Source of the DNA: Thermoplasmatota archaeon
Lineage (GTDB): Archaea; Thermoplasmatota; Penumbrarchaeia; Penumbrarchaeales; Penumbrarchaeaceae
Direction of reading: 5' to 3'
Assembly: GCA_029762535.1 (NCBI GenBank)
Contig: JARVGK010000007.1
Span: 32,001 to 96,000 of the forward strand
Length of the DNA: 64,000 nt
Part shown: one piece after another, positions 57,983-64,000 of the stretch
Layout: every line of letters begins with the position of its first letter
How positions within the stretch are numbered: the first letter of the stretch is position 1
The notes under the pieces: generated by a model
The model's input: only the letters and a program-made list of their open reading frames with translations
The model's database searches: none
What the model was told of the DNA's origin: nothing
Made by a program: the position numbers and the translations under genes

Positions 57983-59404
57983 ATGGCCACATCAAAAGCG
58001 CGAAAGGACGATCTCTCCTACAGGAGGAGACCGGTCATGGAGACCGCTTCGGCGGATGAGAAAAGGTCCATAGAGGAGATCTGCCGCGAATACATGGCAT
58101 TCATAAGCAGGGCAAAGACCGAGAGGATGGTCGTGGACGAGATCGTCGCGCTGCTCGGATCGAACGGTTTCAAGAACATCGATACTGTCAAGAAATGGAG
58201 GGCCGGAACAAAGCTTTACATGACCAACAGGGGCAAGAACGTTGTCGCCGCCGTTCTGGGAAAGAGGCATCCGGTCGAGGGCGCTAACCTTGTAGCGGCC
58301 CATGGCGACGCCCCGAGGCTCGACCTCAAGCAGAAACCGCTCTACGAGGACGGTGAGACAAGGCTCGCGCTGTTCAAGACCCACTATTACGGAGGGATCA
58401 AGAAATATCAATGGGTCAACATACCCCTCTCCCTGCACGGAAAGGTCGTCCTCTCCGATGGAAGGGAGATCGATCTTCACATAGGCGAGGACCCATCGGA
58501 CCCGGTATTCACCATATGTGATCTCCTGCCCCATCTATATCGAAAGAAACAGGCGGAAAGAAAGCTTTCCGAGGGCATTACTGGCGAGGAGCTCAACGTC
58601 CTCCTCGCGTCCATGCCCGCCGATGAGAAGGATCCGAAGAAGAAGGTCAAGACATGGGTCCTGGAGCACCTGAACAAGGAGTATGGTATGATAGAGGAGG
58701 ATTTCGTATCCTCGGAACTGGAGATAGTTCCGGCAGGGCCTGCAAGGGAGATCGGTCTTGACCGCTCCATGATCGGGGCTTACGGACAGGACGACAGGAT
58801 ATGCGCCTATACGTGCATGAGGGCGCTTCTGGAGGTAAAGGGGAACGAGCGAACGGCCATCGGATTCGTTATGGACAAGGAGGAGATAGGCTCCGACGGG
58901 CCCACTTCGATCAAGAGCCGCTTCCTCGAGGATTTTTACTCGCGCCTCATGGACCTCAGGGACCCGGACCATCCGGACAGCGCACTTCGCCGGTCGCTGT
59001 CCAACACATTGGCCATATCCTCCGATGTGAACGGTGCGGTGAACCCTTCTTTCAAGGACGTGCACGAGCTGCAGAACGCGGCGAGGATGGGTTACGGCAT
59101 ATGCGTGACCAAATACACCGGTTCGGGCGGCAAGGTCGCCTCGAACGACGCATCCGCCGAATTCATGGGCGTCATAAGGAGGATACTCAACAACGGAAAG
59201 GTGCCATGGCAGGTAGGAGAACTGGGCAAGGTGGATGAGGGCGGTGGCGGGACAGTGGCCAAGTTCCTCGCCGAGCACAACATGGACGTCGTGGATGCAG
59301 GGCCAGCACTAATATCGATGCATTCACCCATGGAGATATCCTCCAAAGGAGACGTATGGGCCACTTACAGGGCCTATAAGGAGTTCTTCGGATACTGTCC
59401 GTAG
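57983..59404 (+). CDS. M18 family aminopeptidase
   Basis: AHGDAPRLDLK, HYYGGIKKYQW, GQDDRIC, KEEIGS, SMHSPME. Confidence 0.92.
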   Translation: MATSKARKDDLSYRRRPVMETASADEKRSIEEICREYMAFISRAKTERMVVDEIVALLGSNGFKNIDTVKKWRAGTKLYMTNRGKNVVAAVLGKRHPVEGANLVAAHGDAPRLDLKQKPLYEDGETRLALFKTHYYGGIKKYQWVNIPLSLHGKVVLSDGREIDLHIGEDPSDPVFTICDLLPHLYRKKQAERKLSEGITGEELNVLLASMPADEKDPKKKVKTWVLEHLNKEYGMIEEDFVSSELEIVPAGPAREIGLDRSMIGAYGQDDRICAYTCMRALLEVKGNERTAIGFVMDKEEIGSDGPTSIKSRFLEDFYSRLMDLRDPDHPDSALRRSLSNTLAISSDVNGAVNPSFKDVHELQNAARMGYGICVTKYTGSGGKVASNDASAEFMGVIRRILNNGKVPWQVGELGKVDEGGGGTVAKFLAEHNMDVVDAGPALISMHSPMEISSKGDVWATYRAYKEFFGYCP

Positions 59405-59409
59405 ATCTT

Positions 59410-59580
59410 TCAGAGGGAGAGGGCATTCACCGGGCACACGCCGATGCAGGCACCGCAGTCCACGCAGAGTTCTGCGTCAACCTTCGCCTTGTCGCCTTCC
59501 ATCGAGAGCGCCTGTACCGGGCAGGTCGCCACGCATGCTCCGCATCCTATGCACGTATCCGTATCCACTTTGACTGCCAT
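59410..59580 (-). CDS. 2[4Fe-4S] ferredoxin
   Basis: CIGCGACVATCP and CVDCGACIGVCP. Confidence 0.93.
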   Translation of the reverse strand: MAVKVDTDTCIGCGACVATCPVQALSMEGDKAKVDAELCVDCGACIGVCPVNALSL

Positions 59581-59659
59581 GAGTTCATTCCTCCATGATA
59601 TCATCCCCCACCTGGGCGATGGGCGACATCTACAAGTAAAGGAAGAATGTATTTAACGA

Positions 59660-60760
59660 TTGTTGATGACGACTGACGGAGCAGGTGCTTCAGGCCCTGG
59701 CGGGGATCCCATACATATCGATCCAGATAATTGGCTTCCCAGGGACCTGGCCGGGAGATGCGCTCGCTGCGGGACCGGGCCGGAATTGGAGGGATTTTTC
59801 AGATCCGTTGTCTTCCCTGAACTGGATATGGGATATTGGATATCCGAAATGATCAGAGGTATCGGACCTGGAGAGGTCACAACCTTCGGAGCCATCGCCA
59901 GGGGTCTGGGGGATCCCGCCGCCGCAAGGGCGGTCGGGGCCCTGATATCGGAAGGTGTGATCGAAGGCCCCGTTCACAGGGTGATCTTCTCCGACGGGAG
60001 GGTCCCAAGAGGCTCCATGGACCCGTTGTCGTCCGAGATCGGGGATCCGGTCCTGATCAAGCTCGAACGGCCTGTCGAATTCGAGCTGTCCCGCCCGCCT
60101 CTGATCGTCCTTTCCGACATACAGAAGGCGCTTGCAATAAGGGCGGAAAGGGGCACACGGAACGTGAACAGCGTTTGCGGCCTCGACGTCTCTTACGGAT
60201 CGATCAATGTATGCGCCCTCTCCAAGTTCACCCTTTCCGGGAAGCATGAAGGGGATATGACGACGGAGGTGGAACCCGGGCTCCCATACATTCCAGGGTA
60301 TCTGTTCTACCGTGAGGGGCCCTGCATGATAGAAGCCGTCTCCAAGGCCAGAGAGGAGGGAATGATCGATGGGGAGACCCTTCTAATGATCGATGGGAAT
60401 GGGATGCTGCATCCGAGGAGAATGGGTATCGCACGCCAGCTTGGCATGGTCCTGGACCTTCCGACATGCGGGGCTTCGAAGAGGCTGATGATGGGCAGGG
60501 TCGGGGAGTATCGAAATGCCATAAAAGGGATATCGATAGCGAAAGTGACGGATGACGAAGAGGTTATCGGAGCATCCATCAAAGCGGGGGAAAAAAAAGC
60601 GTTCTACCTATCTGCAGGGCATCTTACGGACCTTCGAACCTGCATACCCCTGGTATCGAGGATGTTGTCGGGGCGTCATCCGGCACCGGTCAAGAGAGCT
60701 CATGACCTTGCCAACGAGACGCGTAAGCGTTCTCTTAAAAACCCCATCGGGCTATCTTAA
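59660..60760 (+). CDS. Alkyltransferase-like (MGMT/ATL) domain - endonuclease V fusion
   Basis: GEVTTFGAIA..LG.PAAARAVG + PVHRV; EndoV GLDVSY, PYIPGYLFYRE, IDGNGMLHPR, SAGH; start uncertain. Confidence 0.85.
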   Translation: MLMTTDGAGASGPGGDPIHIDPDNWLPRDLAGRCARCGTGPELEGFFRSVVFPELDMGYWISEMIRGIGPGEVTTFGAIARGLGDPAAARAVGALISEGVIEGPVHRVIFSDGRVPRGSMDPLSSEIGDPVLIKLERPVEFELSRPPLIVLSDIQKALAIRAERGTRNVNSVCGLDVSYGSINVCALSKFTLSGKHEGDMTTEVEPGLPYIPGYLFYREGPCMIEAVSKAREEGMIDGETLLMIDGNGMLHPRRMGIARQLGMVLDLPTCGASKRLMMGRVGEYRNAIKGISIAKVTDDEEVIGASIKAGEKKAFYLSAGHLTDLRTCIPLVSRMLSGRHPAPVKRAHDLANETRKRSLKNPIGLS

Positions 60761-61277
60761 GGTCCTTCCTCTTCCTCTCCAGAAAGCTGTATACCGATGA
60801 ATGCTCAGAACCCTGAAGGATCATGGTGATCGCTTTCTTGGCGACCCTGAGGCCTTCTAAGTCGCCGATTATGGCAACGGTGTTCCCCTTTATCGAGAGG
60901 AAGCAGTCCGTCAGCTCCTCCACGAGGGTCCGCGTCTTTCCGCCGCTGCCGATGAGCCGGGCCCTGACCTGCATGACCCTCCTGGGGGATTTTCCCGAGA
61001 ACTCCCTGATGTCGATCTCCTCGTAGTAAAGATCGTCATCGAGCAGGCTCTGGGCCTTCTCCGGGGAGAACCCGCGCCCGATAGCTCGGATGACATCCCT
61101 CATTCTGAAGGCCTTGTAGGTGTCCGCCGTCTCTTCATCGTACAGGGTTGCCTCCCCGTTCTCAGAATCGACCTCGATCCTTGTCCCGCAGATATCCTGC
61201 AGTTGACGCAGCGTCTCCCCGTCTTTGCCTATCAAGACGCCTATCCTGTCCTGGGGAACCTTCAACTTGAACGGCAT
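60735..61277 (-). CDS. KH-domain ribosome biogenesis protein (Dim2/Pno1-like)
   Basis: RIGVLIGKDG, AIGRGFSPEKA, ARLIGSGGKTR, GSEHSSVYSFLE. Confidence 0.92.
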   Translation of the reverse strand: MPFKLKVPQDRIGVLIGKDGETLRQLQDICGTRIEVDSENGEATLYDEETADTYKAFRMRDVIRAIGRGFSPEKAQSLLDDDLYYEEIDIREFSGKSPRRVMQVRARLIGSGGKTRTLVEELTDCFLSIKGNTVAIIGDLEGLRVAKKAITMILQGSEHSSVYSFLERKRKDLKIARWGF

Positions 61278-61500
61278 CGGCCATACCTGGACTGCGATTC
61301 TGCTGATGATATAAAAGGATGCCCCCATCCCATGCTGGATGCTCATTTCCTTTCCGGGACTCGAACGGGAAAAAGGTTTTATAAACCATGTAGGATATTA
61401 ATCCGCTGCAGGAGCATTGGGTGCCTGATGGGCTGCGGTCTTTCCTGACAGCGGCGATCGTGGCCGTTCGATCGGGCAGTATCGCAATAGAGGATCGGAC

Positions 61501-62688
61501 ATGGAAGGACTTGAGAAGAAGGACGCCGGGAGCGATGACGCCCTATGGCAGGTGGAGATGGCCAAACAGCGCGGGCTGCAGACCACGAAGGGCGTCAACT
61601 TCCTCAACCTGTCCAAAGAAGCTAGGACCTACGGTAACGATAAACTTGCCCTGAGCATGCTATCTAGGGCGAGGGATATCCTGTTCAACGATTATCTCTC
61701 ATCGATCATGCAGGAGGTCGAGGGGCATAGCGAGACCGTGAAGATGAACCGACTCGAGGAGGCGATAAAACGTTCGAAGACCGCTTTCTCTTCGGGAAGG
61801 ACGCGGGAGGCGTACCAGATCATCCTGGACTCGATGAAGGATGAGGAAAAGACCGCCGAGTCCGCCCAGAAGGAGGCTTTCGAGGATCCCGATCTCTATT
61901 CCGAAGCCCTTGGCGACCTTCAGAAGGTCTGGCTGAAGATGAAGCACGAGGAGGGTAAGGGCAAGGACATCTCCAAGGCCAACAAAATGATGAAGCAGGC
62001 GAAAACACTCCTCTCCAAGCGAAACTACGGCAGGGTCATCGAGATATGCGATGAGATCACCAGGGAGATACAGACCCCGCAGGAAAGATTGACGGAGGAG
62101 GCCGATCAGAACATAGACGACATCACCAAGACCCTCAAGGCCCTGTTCCCCAACGATCCCCGTTCTCCCAAGGAGCGTTTCTTCAAGAGGCAGATCGAGG
62201 AGCTCATTGCACAGGCCCGCTCCAGCCTCAAAGCGGGTTCTGTCATAGACGGGATCAACTACTCGAAGAAGGCAAGGGAGATACTGACGCGGCTCGAGCA
62301 GGAGACAATAAAAGGAGAGATCCCCCGTCAGATAATAGAATTGAGGGCGTCCCTGGACGAGCTGAGAAGGTTCAACATCGACGTATCGTACGAGGACTTC
62401 CTCCTCAAACAGGTCGAGGAGACCTTCTGGAACGGGCATTTCATCGAATCGAGAAAGACCGCGAACAAACTATTGAACATCCTGAACAACGCGAGGATCA
62501 ACTACAGGATGAACGAGCTCAATACCAAATACAGGTCGCTCAACGACAGGTTGAAGGAGATGGTCGGACGGGAAGGCTATCTCGAGGCGAAGGAATACCT
62601 CGAAAAGGCAAGGTCCCTGATGGACCAGAAGGCATTCGACATGGCCGTTTCGTTCCTCGACAAGGCCCACCACGTTCTCGAGCCTTGA
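61501..62688 (+). CDS. Helical-repeat protein of unknown function
   Basis: 395-aa charged all-alpha ORF with recurring D(I/V)S.A...L.qA...L...n(Y/F) pattern. Confidence 0.75.
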   Translation: MEGLEKKDAGSDDALWQVEMAKQRGLQTTKGVNFLNLSKEARTYGNDKLALSMLSRARDILFNDYLSSIMQEVEGHSETVKMNRLEEAIKRSKTAFSSGRTREAYQIILDSMKDEEKTAESAQKEAFEDPDLYSEALGDLQKVWLKMKHEEGKGKDISKANKMMKQAKTLLSKRNYGRVIEICDEITREIQTPQERLTEEADQNIDDITKTLKALFPNDPRSPKERFFKRQIEELIAQARSSLKAGSVIDGINYSKKAREILTRLEQETIKGEIPRQIIELRASLDELRRFNIDVSYEDFLLKQVEETFWNGHFIESRKTANKLLNILNNARINYRMNELNTKYRSLNDRLKEMVGREGYLEAKEYLEKARSLMDQKAFDMAVSFLDKAHHVLEP

Positions 62689-62731
62689 GCCCGGGATAAG
62701 ATAGTAATAGGGATTCGTTTCTCACGCTGCC

Positions 62732-63853
62732 GTGTTCAAGAGGATAGCCGCCATCCAGATCCTCACGGGAGGGGCGTCCATGGCATCATTTACCTATATC
62801 TCCCTCTATGCCAGGGAGATCTCCCTGTCCAACCTCGAGATCACGATAATAGCGGCGCTTTTCGCGACCGCCTCTTTCCTCTCAGCATATCTTTTCGGAA
62901 GGGCCGCCGACCGCTACGGCAGGAGGAGGACGCTGATAATTGGCCTCTCATGCGCATCTTTCTTCGTTCTGCTTCAGGCGGTGGGAATGAACTTCCCTGT
63001 CCTAGCAGGCGGCAGGTTGCTCGCCGGAATAGGTTTCGGAATGTTCCCTGCAGCCCTTGCTGTCTATGCCTACGAGGCCGACATCAGGATGGGGAAGTTC
63101 TCCTCCTTCGCCTCTCTAGGATGGGGCTTGGCCCTTCCTATATCGGGAGCCATAGCCAAGCATGTCTCGATAACGGCGGTGTTCGTATTCGCATCGGCAT
63201 TGGTACTGGCCTCACTTATCATATCGCTGAACCTACCCAGGATAAGGGAGGCGCGGTTCCTCGCCCCTCTTCTTCCGTTCAAGATGATACTGAAGAATCA
63301 CAGGGTGCTCCTACCGTTGATCATAAGGCACTCGTCCGCATCGGCGATATGGGTCCTGTGGCCCCTCTTTCTGAGGGATAGGATCGGGCTTGACCTCTTC
63401 GAGATAGGCCTGATCCAGGCCACGAACGCGTTCACGCAGTTCACTACCTTTTACCTGATCGGGGACAAAGTTCCCCCCAAACCCTCCATGGTGGGGGGCT
63501 TGATCATGACCGCCATCGCTGCCACCTCTTTCATTCTCATCCAGAGCTTTCCACTTTTTCTCATCACGCAGGTATTCCTGGGCATGTCGTGGTCCCTCAT
63601 GTATATCGGGGCACTTCGCATAATGCTGCGGGAGAACGATGAGAGGGCCACGGCCACAGGCCTTTTGAACTCTTCGATAAGCATTTCAGCTCTTTTCGGT
63701 CCGGGGATCTCCCTCATCATCGTTGCGGTCCTACCACATGCGAGCTACGAGGGGCCCATGGTCCTCGCGGCCGTCGCATCGGCCCTGGCCGCACTTTACT
63801 TCGCGTCCCTATCCCTTTTACAGGGCAGGGACAAAGCTCAGTCCAATAGATAG
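62732..63853 (+). CDS. MFS transporter
   Basis: Motif A GRAADRYGRRR; about 12 TM helices. Confidence 0.9.
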   Translation: MFKRIAAIQILTGGASMASFTYISLYAREISLSNLEITIIAALFATASFLSAYLFGRAADRYGRRRTLIIGLSCASFFVLLQAVGMNFPVLAGGRLLAGIGFGMFPAALAVYAYEADIRMGKFSSFASLGWGLALPISGAIAKHVSITAVFVFASALVLASLIISLNLPRIREARFLAPLLPFKMILKNHRVLLPLIIRHSSASAIWVLWPLFLRDRIGLDLFEIGLIQATNAFTQFTTFYLIGDKVPPKPSMVGGLIMTAIAATSFILIQSFPLFLITQVFLGMSWSLMYIGALRIMLRENDERATATGLLNSSISISALFGPGISLIIVAVLPHASYEGPMVLAAVASALAALYFASLSLLQGRDKAQSNR

Positions 63854-63885
63854 CTTTTAAAACAACTTCGTCATTTTGCCGGGCC

Positions 63886-64000
63886 ATGGACGCGTCCGAA
63901 CGCGGTGTCCCGGTCTATCATCATCCGGACTACGAGGCCAATATCCAGCCGGTCGGCCACCCGGAATCACCGGACCGTATCGCTTCGATCTTGAACCTCC
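63886..64000 (+). CDS. Histone deacetylase-family protein, N-terminal fragment (runs off right edge)
   Basis: MDASERGVPVYHHPDYEANIQPVGHPESPDRIASIL contains the HPE.P.R motif. Confidence 0.75.
   Translation, partial: MDASERGVPVYHHPDYEANIQPVGHPESPDRIASILNL

Noticed and set aside
61354-61369. CCGGGACTCGAAC resembling the reverse complement of a tRNA T-loop
   Set aside because: Flanks do not form a T-stem and no cloverleaf can be built

Overview
64 kb of an archaeal chromosome, most likely an uncultured Thermoplasmatota. This assignment is an inference from the archaeal PheS, Pno1/Dim2, AGT-EndoV fusion, tandem ThyX, C25 peptidases, AbrB-PhoU regulators and GGTGA ribosome-binding sites; the backbone is GC-rich. 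The flanks are housekeeping and proteolytic: C25 peptidases, mutS, thyX, pgi, pycBA, corA, pheS, an M18 aminopeptidase, a ferredoxin, an MFS transporter and the start of an HDAC-family gene. The middle (~19.3-47.1 kb) is a large phosphate-acquisition region. It contains a lipoprotein-PstS operon (pstS-pstCA-pstB-phoU-arsC) and a metallophosphoesterase. It also holds a type IV pilus assembly cluster (pilin, FlaI/VirB11 ATPase, two FlaJ/TadC proteins, one with an extracellular Ig domain) transcribed divergently from a PstS fused to an archaeal pilin/class III signal peptide, followed by a PstC-PstA fusion with a ~340-aa extracellular Ig-like insert. A second pstB, two AbrB-PhoU regulators and a GT4 glycosyltransferase complete the region, and several of its intergenic regions carry phased TATAT boxes. 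The best candidate for an undescribed system is a phosphate-scavenging type IV pilus ('phosphate bindosome') with a dedicated permease. An AbiL-like (RloA/RloB) defence pair sits inside a reciprocal-duplication scar, next to a stand-alone WYL-like gene. A low-GC two-gene cassette of unknown function follows the phosphate region. No tRNA, rRNA, CRISPR array or transposase was recognised. All product calls are by motif recognition only; no searches were run.
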